From Coriobacteriia bacterium (GTDB lineage Bacteria > Actinomycetota > Coriobacteriia > Anaerosomatales > SLCP01): 64,000 bases of DNA. The position numbers were made by a program, and so were the translations under genes. The stretch lies in NCBI GenBank assembly GCA_007121015.1, contig SKMN01000003.1:4413-68412 (forward strand), in the 5' to 3' direction. Of the stretch, positions 17,533 to 27,023 are shown in pieces. Within the stretch, counting starts at the first letter, position 1. The number at the start of each line of letters is the position of its first letter. The notes below the pieces were generated by a model that had not been told where the DNA came from, made no database searches, and saw nothing but the letters and a program-made list of their open reading frames with translations.

Positions 17533-18822
17533 CTACGGGCGTGATTCCCAGCGACGTACGATCGTCTGCTCGCGGCTCGGACCCACGGCGATCATCGCTA
17601 CAGGGATCTCGGCGAGGTCCTCGATGAAGCCGATGTAGTCGCGGGCCTCCTGCGGCAGCTCGGCGAAGTCACGACAGCCGGTGATATCGGTCTTCCACCC
17701 TGGGAGCTCCTCGTAGATGGGCGTAGCGTGGTGGAAGATCGTCTGGTGGCACGGAAGGTCGTTGTAACGGCGGCCCTCGTACTCGTATGCGACGCACACC
17801 TTGATGGTGTCGAGCTCTGAGAGCACGTCGAGCTTGGTGACGATAAGGTCGGTGAGACCGCTCACCTGCACGGCGTAGCGCACGATGACCGCGTCGTACC
17901 AGCCAGCCCGACGCTCGCGTCCCGTGGTCGTACCGTACTCGTGACCCACCCGGATGAGGTGCTCGCCCATCTCGTCATCGAGCTCGGTCGGGAAGGGGCC
18001 GGATCCCACACGTGTGATGTAGGCCTTCGCGATGCCCAGCACTCGGTCGATCCGCCTCGGACCGACCCCGGCGCCGATACATGCCCCTCCCGCCACCGGG
18101 TTCGACGACGTCACGAACGGGTACGTGCCGTGGTCGATGTCGAGCAGCGTGCCCTGCGCTCCCTCGAAGAGCACCCACTGGTCGGCATCGAGCGCCTTGT
18201 TGACCACGAGGGAGGTGTCAGAGATATGCGGCTTGATGCGCTCGGCGTAGGGCAGGTACTCCTCGGCTATCTGGTCGACCGTGTAGGTAGGCAGGTTGTA
18301 GACCTTGCTCAGGATGTCGTTCTTCTCGCGCAGCGCCGCCTCGACCTTCTTACGGAAGATGTGTTCGTCGGTGAGGTCCTGGACGCGGAGACCCATACGG
18401 GACGATTTGTCCATGTAGGCAGGCCCGATGCCGCGCCGCGTGGTGCCGATCTCGAGTTTGCCGAGGCGGTGTTCGCTCGCGCCGTCGAGATCGCGGTGGT
18501 ACGGCATGATGATGTGCGCATTACAGCTGATCAGCAGACGGTGCGTGGAGAGTCCGTCAGCCTCGAGGCGGTCCATCTCCTCGAGGAGCACCTTGGGATC
18601 GATGACGCACCCGTTGCCGATGACGGGCGTGATGTGGGGATACATGATTCCACTCGGAATGAGATGTAGCTTGAGTGTGCGTCCCCCGTGGATGACGGTG
18701 TGTCCCGCATTGTTCCCGCCCTGGAAACGGACGACGTAGTCGAAATCGTCCGCTATCAGATCGGTGATCTTACCTTTGCCTTCGTCGCCCCACTGGGCGC
18801 CGACGAGCACTATGCCGGCCAT
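17533..18822 (-). CDS. purA: adenylosuccinate synthetase
   Basis: [43 protein letters not shown] and [12 protein letters not shown] are present. The start is moved to ATG 18822; the 107-aa upstream extension in the ORF track is spurious. Confidence 0.95.
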   Translation of the reverse strand: MAGIVLVGAQWGDEGKGKITDLIADDFDYVVRFQGGNNAGHTVIHGGRTLKLHLIPSGIMYPHITPVIGNGCVIDPKVLLEEMDRLEADGLSTHRLLISCNAHIIMPYHRDLDGASEHRLGKLEIGTTRRGIGPAYMDKSSRMGLRVQDLTDEHIFRKKVEAALREKNDILSKVYNLPTYTVDQIAEEYLPYAERIKPHISDTSLVVNKALDADQWVLFEGAQGTLLDIDHGTYPFVTSSNPVAGGACIGAGVGPRRIDRVLGIAKAYITRVGSGPFPTELDDEMGEHLIRVGHEYGTTTGRERRAGWYDAVIVRYAVQVSGLTDLIVTKLDVLSELDTIKVCVAYEYEGRRYNDLPCHQTIFHHATPIYEELPGWKTDITGCRDFAELPQEARDYIGFIEDLAEIPVAMIAVGPSREQTIVRRWESRP

Positions 18823-19034
18823 GTAGATTGGCTCCCCGATACGTTCGGTCCCGCGGACCCTTGCCGCCGCTCCCGGACCGGGCGCTCCGCCGTCCGCGGC
18901 GTGCGCACAGCCGCCCGCACACAGGCGGGCGACGGCGTTAGTATGCCTGATGGAGGCCGATAAGACTAGGGCTGCTCGCTCAGCTCGTGCATTCCGGGCC
19001 CGCCGGCTCCGTCCGGTCCACCGGGTACCGCCGT

Positions 19035-19841
19035 CTAGACGAACACCACCGGCAACGTCGTGCGCGCGAGGAGGCTCGATGCGATCGAGCCGAGGAATAG
19101 TCGATCGAGCACCCCGTGCCGCCTCGGCGCGATGACGATGCACGTCGCGTCGCTTGCCGCAGCCTCCTCGAGGAGCGCTCCCGCGACATCCCCGTTCTCG
19201 AGCACCACCACCTCGGTGTCCTCGAGACCGGCCGCAGTGAGTTCGTCGGCGATGAAGCCGTATGCGTGCTCGAGGTCGTGCGCGCCGGTCGCGACGTGGA
19301 CGACCCTCGCCGCACCCGCACCGGGAAGTGCCGCTGCGGACCTGACGAGGGACTGGAGGGCATCATCGAGATCGACCGCTACGAGCGGACGTGCGAAGGT
19401 GGGGCCCGCGCTGATGCGGCACCACGCGGCCTCCCGCTCCTCGACGCGTTCGACGAGCACCGGCAGCGTGGTTGCAAGCGCCACCTTCTCGGCGGTCGAC
19501 CCGAGGACCCGCCCGAGCGCACGGCCATACCCGCGGTCAGTCACTGCGATGAGGCCGACCTCCAACTCCTCGGCCGCGGCCACGACCATCTCGACGGCAT
19601 CCCCCCGATCGAGCCGGTAATCTGCCGATATGCCCTGCCTATTCAGGCGCCCGGCGTGCTCGGCAAGCTGCTCGTCTGCGAACTCGAGCACCTGCGGGAT
19701 CCCGCCACCCGTCGTGGCAGGATCGAGCTCCACGACGTGCAGGAGGGTAACGTGTTCGAACGTGCCAGGATCGCACGAGGCGAGGGTCTCGGCTGTGAGC
19801 AGGCTCGCCTCGGACAGGTCGGTCGCGATGATCGCGCGCAT
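19035..19841 (-). CDS. universal stress protein, tandem UspA domains
   Basis: 268 aa with two Usp-like halves, each ending in a G..GR..LGS motif ([18 protein letters not shown]; [18 protein letters not shown]). Confidence 0.8.
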   Translation of the reverse strand: MRAIIATDLSEASLLTAETLASCDPGTFEHVTLLHVVELDPATTGGGIPQVLEFADEQLAEHAGRLNRQGISADYRLDRGDAVEMVVAAAEELEVGLIAVTDRGYGRALGRVLGSTAEKVALATTLPVLVERVEEREAAWCRISAGPTFARPLVAVDLDDALQSLVRSAAALPGAGAARVVHVATGAHDLEHAYGFIADELTAAGLEDTEVVVLENGDVAGALLEEAAASDATCIVIAPRRHGVLDRLFLGSIASSLLARTTLPVVFV

Positions 19842-19953
19842 GGGTGGCTCCTTCAGTCGACCGGGTTCTTACAGACCACGCGATACGGACGGTATCACAC
19901 AGTTCCTACCCGTCCTGACCCGTCAGGCGCGTGAGACCTGCGAGGCGGAGCGG

Positions 19954-20973
19954 TCACGCGCGTGCGCTTGCGGCCTCCACCGTCTCGGCCACAGCGACGA
20001 CCGGCCCGAAGACACGGTCGGTGAGACGCACGTACCACGCGGCCGCCTGCACTTGCACGATGTAGCCGGCGGCCAGCACGAGTGCGGCCTCGGGCCCGAA
20101 GCTCGCGATGGCCACGCCGAGGGCGATCGAGAGGTTGCGCATCACGGTGCCATACACGAGCGCGATCGCGTCCCCGCGGCCGAACAACGCCCGGCCGACG
20201 AATGTGGCGAGAGCGAAGTTGGCGAGGTAGAAGATGAGCAGCGGTACGAGGATCGCGAACGTGAGCATGGGGCGCGAGACGATCATCTCGGCCTTGAGGC
20301 CCACCGCGACGAACACTATCCCGAGCACCCCGAGGATGCTCACGCCGGGAAAGACCGGGGCGATGCGACTCTTGAAGCGATCTGTGCCGTACGTGCGCAC
20401 GAGCAGGGCGCGGGTAACCTGTGCAGCCGCTAGAGGTATCGCCACCACAAGCACTACGGTGCCGAGGACTCCGAGCATGTCGACCGGCACGACCCTGCCT
20501 GCAAGCACCTTGAGGTAGAAGGGAGCCACGAGCGAAGCGACGATGAGGCCTATCACGGTCATCTTGACCGCAGCTCCCACGTTGCCCTTCGCGAACCCAG
20601 TCCACGTGATGGTCATGCCGCTTGTTGGGAAGAGGCCTGCGAGGACCATGCCCACGAACAGTCCGGCGTCCGAGCCGAAGAATATCCGCGCGAGAAACCA
20701 AGCGAGCAGGGGCAGCACGACGAAGTTGATGAGCATGGCGACCGACACGAGCTTGGCATCGGCTGGATCGAACGCGTCACTCAGCCGTACGTTCACGAGC
20801 ATGGGGTAGACCATGAGCATGGTGAGTGGCAGCACGAGTGTCCGCAAGGGCTCGAGGTCTGCGAGAAGCCCGGAGACAAGTCCCGCGGCCATGGAGAGAG
20901 GGATCGCCCAGACGAGGGAGGCGGACAGTGCCTTCGACGCCGTGACGAGCGTGCTCGATCCATTATCGCTCAT
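19954..20973 (-). CDS. ACR3/BASS-superfamily transporter (arsenical-resistance-3 / bile acid:Na+ symporter fold)
   Basis: About 10 TM segments. LPLTMLMVYPMLVNVRLSD and FPTSGMTITWTGFAKGN resemble ACR3/SBF-like carriers. Substrate is not assignable from sequence alone. Confidence 0.6.
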   Translation of the reverse strand: MSDNGSSTLVTASKALSASLVWAIPLSMAAGLVSGLLADLEPLRTLVLPLTMLMVYPMLVNVRLSDAFDPADAKLVSVAMLINFVVLPLLAWFLARIFFGSDAGLFVGMVLAGLFPTSGMTITWTGFAKGNVGAAVKMTVIGLIVASLVAPFYLKVLAGRVVPVDMLGVLGTVVLVVAIPLAAAQVTRALLVRTYGTDRFKSRIAPVFPGVSILGVLGIVFVAVGLKAEMIVSRPMLTFAILVPLLIFYLANFALATFVGRALFGRGDAIALVYGTVMRNLSIALGVAIASFGPEAALVLAAGYIVQVQAAAWYVRLTDRVFGPVVAVAETVEAASARA

Positions 20974-21072
20974 TGCTTGTATCCCTCGTGTATTGATACC
21001 TGTGGGGGTACTCTAGGGCAGGTGTCGTCGCGGGTCAACCCTGGCGGAGCCCGCGTCGTCGCACGGTAGACC

Positions 21073-22449
21073 TCACCGACCGCGGGCGACGCCCCGTGCG
21101 GCTACGACGCCGCTCGCACCTGATTGCACGAGGCCGCGCGTGATGCCTGCCCCGTCGCCGATCGCATAGAGATCTGCCACCGGCGTCTGCAGGTCTACAT
21201 CGAGTTCGAGGCGGGACGAGTAGAACTTCACCTCGACCCCGTACAGGAGCGTTCCCGGCGCTGCCAGACCCGGCACGAGGGTGTCGAGGGCCTCGATGAA
21301 CTCGAGGATATTGGTCAGGTGCCGGTATGGGATGACGTTCGACAGGTCCCCCGGCGTCGCGCTCGCCAGAGTAGGCACGACGATCGACGCGCCGATGCGA
21401 TCGGGAGTCGATCGCCTGCCGAGCTTCAAATCGCCGAGCCGCTGGACCAATATCCCCTCACCGAGCAGGTTGGCGAGACGAGCGATCGAGCGTCCGTACG
21501 TGAGCGGCTCCCGGAACGGCCTCGTGAACACCTGGCTTACAAGGATGGCGAAGTTCGTGTAGGGGGTCTTGTCCTCGGCAAAGGAGTGACCGTTGACGGT
21601 GACGACATCCCCGTACGACTCCGTGGTGACTTCTCCGTACGGATTCATGCAGAACGTGCGCACGCGGTCGCCGAACGAGCGTGAGAAGTAGGTGAGCTTG
21701 GCTTCGTAGAGGTGGTCGGTCAGTGGCTCCATCACAGGTGCGGGCGCCTCGACCCGCACACCGATATCGACCGCGTTGTTCGTAAGGCCGATGTCCAGGG
21801 CGGCTGCCTGGCGCGCGAGCCACTCGGCGCCCTCGCGCCCGGGGGCCGCGATGACCACATCACACGGGATGAACGTGCCACTGGATAGTTCGACTCCGGT
21901 CACGCGACCTCCCTCGGCCCGTATGACCGTCGCTTCCGTCCCCGTGCGAACCGTGACGCCTGCCTCGACGAGGTCCTCCCGCACGGCACCGAGAATCTCC
22001 GGGGCCCGGTCCGTGCCGATGTGACGGATCCGCATCGGCGTGAGGTGCATGCCCGCGAGCGTGGCCTGCCGCTCGAGCCGTGCCGCCACATCCGGTTCGG
22101 GCTCGTAGACGTGCTTGGTCGCACCGTACCGGAGCCAGATCTGGTCGGCGTAGCCGATGAGATCGTCGAGCTCCGTCAGGCCGACGTATTCGCCGAGCCA
22201 ACCGCCCACCTCCCCGGAGAGCGTGAGTTTCCCATCAGAGAATGCGCCAGCCCCGCCCCAGCCGCTCATGATGTCGCACTCTCTGCACGACACACAGCCG
22301 TTCTCGGCAGTCGGGCACCGGCGATCGGGCAGGTCCTTCCCCTTCTCGAGGATCGTGATGTCGGAGAAGCCGAGCCGCACGAGTTCGATCGCTGCGAAGA
22401 TGCCCGCCGGCCCGGCACCGACGATCACGACCCTGTCCTTGCGCGTCAT
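21073..22449 (-). CDS. FAD-dependent oxidoreductase (COG2509-like)
   Basis: The dinucleotide fold VVIVGAGPAGIFAA..ILEKG, a Cys cluster CPTAENGCVSCRECD and a C-terminal LYAIGDGAGITRG are present. The start is at ATG 22449, preceded by an AAGGGGGA SD. Confidence 0.75.
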   Translation of the reverse strand: MTRKDRVVIVGAGPAGIFAAIELVRLGFSDITILEKGKDLPDRRCPTAENGCVSCRECDIMSGWGGAGAFSDGKLTLSGEVGGWLGEYVGLTELDDLIGYADQIWLRYGATKHVYEPEPDVAARLERQATLAGMHLTPMRIRHIGTDRAPEILGAVREDLVEAGVTVRTGTEATVIRAEGGRVTGVELSSGTFIPCDVVIAAPGREGAEWLARQAAALDIGLTNNAVDIGVRVEAPAPVMEPLTDHLYEAKLTYFSRSFGDRVRTFCMNPYGEVTTESYGDVVTVNGHSFAEDKTPYTNFAILVSQVFTRPFREPLTYGRSIARLANLLGEGILVQRLGDLKLGRRSTPDRIGASIVVPTLASATPGDLSNVIPYRHLTNILEFIEALDTLVPGLAAPGTLLYGVEVKFYSSRLELDVDLQTPVADLYAIGDGAGITRGLVQSGASGVVAARGVARGR

Positions 22450-22566
22450 GACTTCCCCCTTCCGCACAGAGGCTCCCGACGCCCCGTGACCTACGGCCCG
22501 ACAGCGGCCCGACAGCCCGCAGCTCCGGCGTCTGCCGATGCCGCGGGCCGGGTCGCCGAGGCACGA

Positions 22567-23940
22567 CTACACGCGATCGGTGTAGTCGATGAACTTAGTG
22601 TAGCGCTCGTTGAACACGAGACGCGCGGAATCGGTCGGGCCGTTGCGATGCTTGGAGACGATGATCTCGGCCATTCCCTTCGCAGGCCGTTCCTCGTCAT
22701 CCTCCGCACGAGGGTCGGTGTTGCGGTCGATGAACATGACGACGTCGGCGTCCTGTTCGATGGCTCCGGACTCGCGCAGGTCGGACAGTTGGGGGCGCTT
22801 GCCCGCGCGCTGCTCGACCGCTCGGGAGAGCTGGGAGAGCGCGAGCACCGGTACGTCGAGCTCCTTAGCAAGGATCTTGAGCCCTCGCGAGATCTCGGCG
22901 ATCTCCGTCTGCCGGTTCTCGGACCGCCTGTTCGTGGGCTGCATGAGTTGCAGGTAGTCGACTATGACGAGACCGTTCTTCTTGTTGCGGAGCTGACGGC
23001 GCGCCTTGGCTCTCACCTCGAGTATGGAGATCGAGGGGGTGTCGTCCACGTGGAGGTCGAGTTCGGCGAGTTCACCCATCGCGCGATGGATGTTCACCCA
23101 GTCATGGTCTTTGATGCGCCCAGTCCTGACGTCCTGAGAGTTGATGCGGGCCTCGGAACAGAGCACCCGCTGTATCAGCTGCTCGGCGCTCATCTCAAGC
23201 GAGAACAGCGCGACCGAGGTGTCCGCCTTGGCTGCATTGACCGCGAGGTTGAGGGCGAACGCGGTCTTCCCGACCGAGGGCCGCGCGGCGAGGATGAGCA
23301 GGTCGCCCCGGTGCATGCCTGCAAGGATCTTGTCGACGTCGTTGAACCCCGTGGGAACACCGGTGATGTGCTGCTGGCGCTCGAACAGCTCCTCGAGCTG
23401 CTGGAACGAGGTCTCGAGAAGGTCCTCTATGTTGCGGAAATTGCTCGAGACCCTCTTGTTGGTGACGTTGAAGATCAGCCCCTCGGCCTGCTCGACGACC
23501 TCCTTCATGTCGTCGGGCGCGTCGTAACCGAGCGCTGAGATCTTGCCCGCGGCGGCGATGAGCTCGCGTAACATCGCGGTCCGCTGGACGATCTCGGCGT
23601 AGCGGAGGGCGTTGGCTGCCGTGGGAACCACGCTCGTCACGTCGAGAAGGTACGACTTGCCTCCCACTGCATCGAGTGCTCCGACGGAAGAGAGCCGATC
23701 CGCGACACTTAACTGGTCGACCGGGATCGAACGACCGTGAAGGTGAGCGATGGCCTCGAAGATGCGCTTGTGGGCGGGACGATAGAAATCCTCGGCGCTG
23801 ATCGTCGCCAAGACTACCTCGACCGCCTCAGAAGACAGGAACATAGACCCCAGCACGGCCTGCTCGGCCTCTACGTTGTGGGGCGGCACGTACCTGAGTT
23901 GCGCCGCGGGCGAGACCAGGCTGCCCGAAACCTCGCTCAA
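22567..23940 (-). CDS. dnaB: replicative DNA helicase DnaB
   Basis: N-terminal PPHNVEAEQAVLGSM, Walker A ARPSVGKTAF, Walker B VIVDYLQLM and LSQLSRAVEQR are present. The TTG start follows an AGGAGGGG SD. Confidence 0.95.
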   Translation of the reverse strand: MSEVSGSLVSPAAQLRYVPPHNVEAEQAVLGSMFLSSEAVEVVLATISAEDFYRPAHKRIFEAIAHLHGRSIPVDQLSVADRLSSVGALDAVGGKSYLLDVTSVVPTAANALRYAEIVQRTAMLRELIAAAGKISALGYDAPDDMKEVVEQAEGLIFNVTNKRVSSNFRNIEDLLETSFQQLEELFERQQHITGVPTGFNDVDKILAGMHRGDLLILAARPSVGKTAFALNLAVNAAKADTSVALFSLEMSAEQLIQRVLCSEARINSQDVRTGRIKDHDWVNIHRAMGELAELDLHVDDTPSISILEVRAKARRQLRNKKNGLVIVDYLQLMQPTNRRSENRQTEIAEISRGLKILAKELDVPVLALSQLSRAVEQRAGKRPQLSDLRESGAIEQDADVVMFIDRNTDPRAEDDEERPAKGMAEIIVSKHRNGPTDSARLVFNERYTKFIDYTDRV

Positions 23941-24073
23941 GACCCCTCCTTTACCGAGTCGTACGGGCTCATGCCCCGATTCGCCTCGAGTCTAGTCGAG
24001 AGGTCTGACACGTTCTCCCTTCGGATGCAGCCATCCACAGGCGTCCAGCCTGCCGGAGCAGTGCCGACCGAGG

Positions 24074-24091
24074 TTATCCGCAGTATCCACA
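24074..24091. promoter_or_regulatory. pair of adjacent DnaA-box-like 9-mers
   Basis: TTATCCGCA and GTATCCACA each differ by one position from TTATCCACA. They are head-to-tail in the 236-nt spacer between rplI and dnaB. Confidence 0.35.
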
Positions 24092-24176
24092 GATTGCGGA
24101 CATGTTCGATCGGCACACGACGGGGGTGTGGCCATTCACAGCCGACACCCCGCATCGGGCCCGATCGGTACGGTGG

Positions 24177-24782
24177 CTACTGCTGCTCGGTCTGCTCGGT
24201 CTGCTCGGCGTCTTCTGCGTCGGTGTCGACTGCCTCGGACTCGTCCTCCGCCTCGGCGGCATCCTCTTCGGCGAGGACCTCCTCGACCGTGGGCTCCTGC
24301 TCCTCGGCGGCCGGCGCCACTTCCTTGCCTACAGCGGCCTCGGGAACGACGTCCACGATGACATCCACCTTCACGTCCCGATATATCTGGACCGTGACCG
24401 GGTGCTGACCGACCTCTTTGATGTAGCCGTGCACGTCCATCTTGCGCCGGTCGACGTTCGCGGCGAGCTGCTCGGCGATCGCGTCTTCGATCATCGACGA
24501 CGTGACCGAACCATACAGGCGGCCTTCATCGCCGACCTTCGCCGCGACCGTCACCGTCTTGCCTTCGAGCAGCGCAGCGACACCGCGAGCCTCGTTGAGC
24601 CGAGACTCCTCACGCTCGCGGATGTTGCCCGCTCGCGCCTCGAGTTGCTTGAGGTTGCCAGGCGTCGCCTCGATGGCGAGCTTGCGCGGGAACAGGTAGT
24701 TGACGGCGTAGCCACGGGCTACGTCGACGACGTCACCTTCTCCGCCCTTCCCTTTCAGTTCCTGAATCAGGATGACCTTCAT
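24177..24782 (-). CDS. rplI: 50S ribosomal protein L9 with long acidic C-terminal extension
   Basis: [36 protein letters not shown] is the L9 N-domain. The start is at ATG 24782 (AAGGAG SD). The last ~55 aa are Glu/Asp/Ala-rich. Confidence 0.9.
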   Translation of the reverse strand: MKVILIQELKGKGGEGDVVDVARGYAVNYLFPRKLAIEATPGNLKQLEARAGNIREREESRLNEARGVAALLEGKTVTVAAKVGDEGRLYGSVTSSMIEDAIAEQLAANVDRRKMDVHGYIKEVGQHPVTVQIYRDVKVDVIVDVVPEAAVGKEVAPAAEEQEPTVEEVLAEEDAAEAEDESEAVDTDAEDAEQTEQTEQQ

Positions 24783-24829
24783 CACGTACTCCTTGTCCGT
24801 CTCCGGCACGTGCCGGAAGAAACGTAGAT

Positions 24830-25810
24830 CTAGCTCTCGTGTTGACCGTTCTCGCTTCGACTCTCACTGTCGCCTCCCCCGCTCGTGCGGGAGTCCTCCC
24901 TCGGCAGCTTGCGGAAGTTCGCCCAGAAGTCCACGAGGCCCACAAGGCTCAACACCGGCACGAGCAACTCGACGACCGCCAGAAGCGCGTAGCCGATGAC
25001 CCGCGCGAGCCGGCCCAGTCCGACCCGTCGATAGAGGGCGGACGCCACACCGAGACCTTGTACGAACAGCGGCAACCGTACCGCGAGGAGCAGGTTGAGG
25101 CCCGCGATCCACGCCAGGCCGGTCGTGTCGCCGGTCATACGGCCGACGGCAAGCAACAGCAATCCGCCGACGAACGGCCAGAGGATGTGCGGGCTCAAGT
25201 CGAGCTCGGACAACGCGGGCAGTCGACGCACGGGGGTGCCGACCCTTGCGCTGGCCCATCCGGCGACAGCGACGCCGAGGACTGCCGTGAGCAACCCCAT
25301 CGTGAGGTAGTCCACTGCCCACACGCGTACCATGAGGTCGACGAGGATCTCGCTATCGAGCCCTGCGAGTGCATCGCCATCGACGCCAGCTACAGTGCCC
25401 GCCATCTCAAGGGCGCTTTCCACCATCGCGGTCCGCTCTTGAAGCAGTGTCGAGCCGGCAAGCCATGCGCGAACCGCATCCGCCGCAGCGGCCGAAACGG
25501 CGATCACGGCGGTGAGGATAGCGGCCCCCTGGAGCGCCGAGTGCTCTCTCAGTCTCAAAGAGACGAAGAGCAGCGCCGTGAGGACGGGGATCAAGAGGAC
25601 CGCGTCGGCGGGACTGAGGAATGCGGCGAACGCGACGGCGACAGCGGCCGCGAACGCAGCGGCGGCGAACCGGCCGGACCCCAATAGTCCTGCCACCCCC
25701 GCTGATGCCATCGGTACACCGATGAGAAGCAGCGAAGGGGCGAGGACGCCGCCGAGGACGACGGCGCCGGACAACAGTGTGGCGTCTCGTATGTCGGCTG
25801 CAGCCGTCAC
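24830..25810 (-). CDS. DUF2232 (YybS-like) integral membrane protein
   Basis: This polytopic membrane protein lies between rpsR and rplI, the position occupied by yybS in Firmicutes. Confidence 0.6.
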   Translation of the reverse strand: MTAAADIRDATLLSGAVVLGGVLAPSLLLIGVPMASAGVAGLLGSGRFAAAAFAAAVAVAFAAFLSPADAVLLIPVLTALLFVSLRLREHSALQGAAILTAVIAVSAAAADAVRAWLAGSTLLQERTAMVESALEMAGTVAGVDGDALAGLDSEILVDLMVRVWAVDYLTMGLLTAVLGVAVAGWASARVGTPVRRLPALSELDLSPHILWPFVGGLLLLAVGRMTGDTTGLAWIAGLNLLLAVRLPLFVQGLGVASALYRRVGLGRLARVIGYALLAVVELLVPVLSLVGLVDFWANFRKLPREDSRTSGGGDSESRSENGQHES

Positions 25811-25816
25811 GAGTCG

Positions 25817-26086
25817 CTAGCGACCTCTGCGACCGTCGATCTTGCCGCTCACCACGGGAACGGTGTAGGGCACGAGCGCCATCTCTCGGGCGCGCTTCAC
25901 GGCGATCGACAGCTGGTGCTGATGCTGGGCGCAGGTACCGGAGACCCGGCGCGGCTTGATCTTGCCGCGATCGGTCATGTACTTGCGCAGCATCTGCGAA
26001 TCCTTGTAGTCGATGTACTCGGTCTTGTCCTTGCAGAAGGCGCAGTACTTGCGCCTTGGCCTGCGTGCGTAATCGGACACTCTCAT
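25817..26086 (-). CDS. rpsR: 30S ribosomal protein S18
   Basis: [64 protein letters not shown] matches S18. The start is at Met30 of the ORF-track entry (AAAGGAGGA SD). Confidence 0.95.
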   Translation of the reverse strand: MRVSDYARRPRRKYCAFCKDKTEYIDYKDSQMLRKYMTDRGKIKPRRVSGTCAQHQHQLSIAVKRAREMALVPYTVPVVSGKIDGRRGR

Positions 26087-26176
26087 GTCCTCCTTTCGCT
26101 TCTCTCGAAGCGGTGTGTTCCTACGGGTAGGTGCGGGCGGGGCGGGAGGGTTCCGCCGCCGTACCGCGGGCATCTC

Positions 26177-26584
26177 CTAGAACGGTATCTCATTGTCGTC
26201 CGGGAGGTCCGGTCCCGGTCCAGGGCCTGACTGCCCCCCGGCTCCACCGGAGTCGCGAGACGACATGAACTCGATCTCGTCTACCGCCACCTCGACCTTT
26301 GAGCGCTTCTCGCCCTGCTGGCTCTCCCAGCTCCGGTACCGAAGCTTGCCCTCGATCGCGACCTTCGCGCCTTTCGCGAGATAGCGGGAGATCGCTTCTG
26401 CACGCGTGCCGAACATCACGCAGTCGATGAAGTTCGGGTAATCCTCCCACTCACCGGTCTGCGCGTTCTTGCGACGGTCGTTCACGGCAACGCCCAGATT
26501 CAGCACCGCCGTGCCTCCCGCCGTCGAACGCAGTTCGGGGTCACGCGTCAGGTTCCCACTGATTACGACTCGATTGATACTCAT
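26177..26584 (-). CDS. ssb: single-stranded DNA-binding protein
   Basis: An OB-fold N-domain (MSINRVVISGNLTRDPELRST...) is followed by a Gly-rich linker and the acidic tip DDNEIPF. Confidence 0.95.
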   Translation of the reverse strand: MSINRVVISGNLTRDPELRSTAGGTAVLNLGVAVNDRRKNAQTGEWEDYPNFIDCVMFGTRAEAISRYLAKGAKVAIEGKLRYRSWESQQGEKRSKVEVAVDEIEFMSSRDSGGAGGQSGPGPGPDLPDDNEIPF

Positions 26585-26650
26585 CGCTTACCACCACCTG
26601 GTCTCTCGTCACGGATGCCGTCATCCGGCGTTCCGATCGTCGTACGCTCG

Positions 26651-26944
26651 CTATTCGCGGTCGTCGCGACGGATGATCATGTACCGGAGCACCGGATCGG
26701 TGATGTGCAGCACTCGGTCGATCTCGGCGATGGCGTCCGGCGATGCGTGGAAGTCGAACAGGACGTAGTCACCCTCCGTGTTGTCGTCGATCTCGAATGC
26801 GAGACGACGCTTACCCCACGGGTCGACGTTGTCGAGGACTCCACCATCGGCGGCGATGAGACCCTTGGCCTTCTCGATGACGCCTTCGCGGGCGTCTTCT
26901 TCGAGCCGAGGGTCGAGCAAGAGCAACATTTCGTAGGCCTTCAT
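26651..26944 (-). CDS. rpsF: 30S ribosomal protein S6
   Basis: MKAYEMLLLLDPRLEE...WGKRRLAFEI...GDYVLFDF matches S6. It is the first gene of the rpsF-ssb-rpsR cluster. Confidence 0.95.
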   Translation of the reverse strand: MKAYEMLLLLDPRLEEDAREGVIEKAKGLIAADGGVLDNVDPWGKRRLAFEIDDNTEGDYVLFDFHASPDAIAEIDRVLHITDPVLRYMIIRRDDRE

Positions 26945-27023
26945 GTATTCACCTCCCCTGGGCTAACGGCCCCGAGACTGTGAAGGCAGCCGCCCGGGGC
27001 AGGAAATGAGCCCTCGCAGTGTA
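26945..27023 (-). promoter_or_regulatory. possible rpsF 5' leader hairpin (S6:S18-binding type)
   Basis: On the minus strand, GCCCCG...CGGGGC forms a hairpin immediately upstream of the GGGGAGG SD of rpsF. The call rests on position and shape only and was not verified against a model. Confidence 0.25.

Noticed and set aside
18823-19143. Long in-frame N-terminal extensions in the ORF track for purA. The same occurs for typA to 62872, trkH to 51224, proV from 50920, proX from 52811, flavodoxin to 55551 and the SBP to 46460.
   Set aside because: The extensions are Arg/Pro-rich, lack SDs and precede conserved N-termini that have good SDs. Starts were therefore moved inward.
24177-24262. Short tandem CTGCTCGGT repeats considered as a possible microsatellite or CRISPR-like array.
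   Set aside because: The repeats are 9 nt with no spacers and lie inside the rplI reading frame, where they encode the TEQ repeats of the acidic tail. This is not a CRISPR array.
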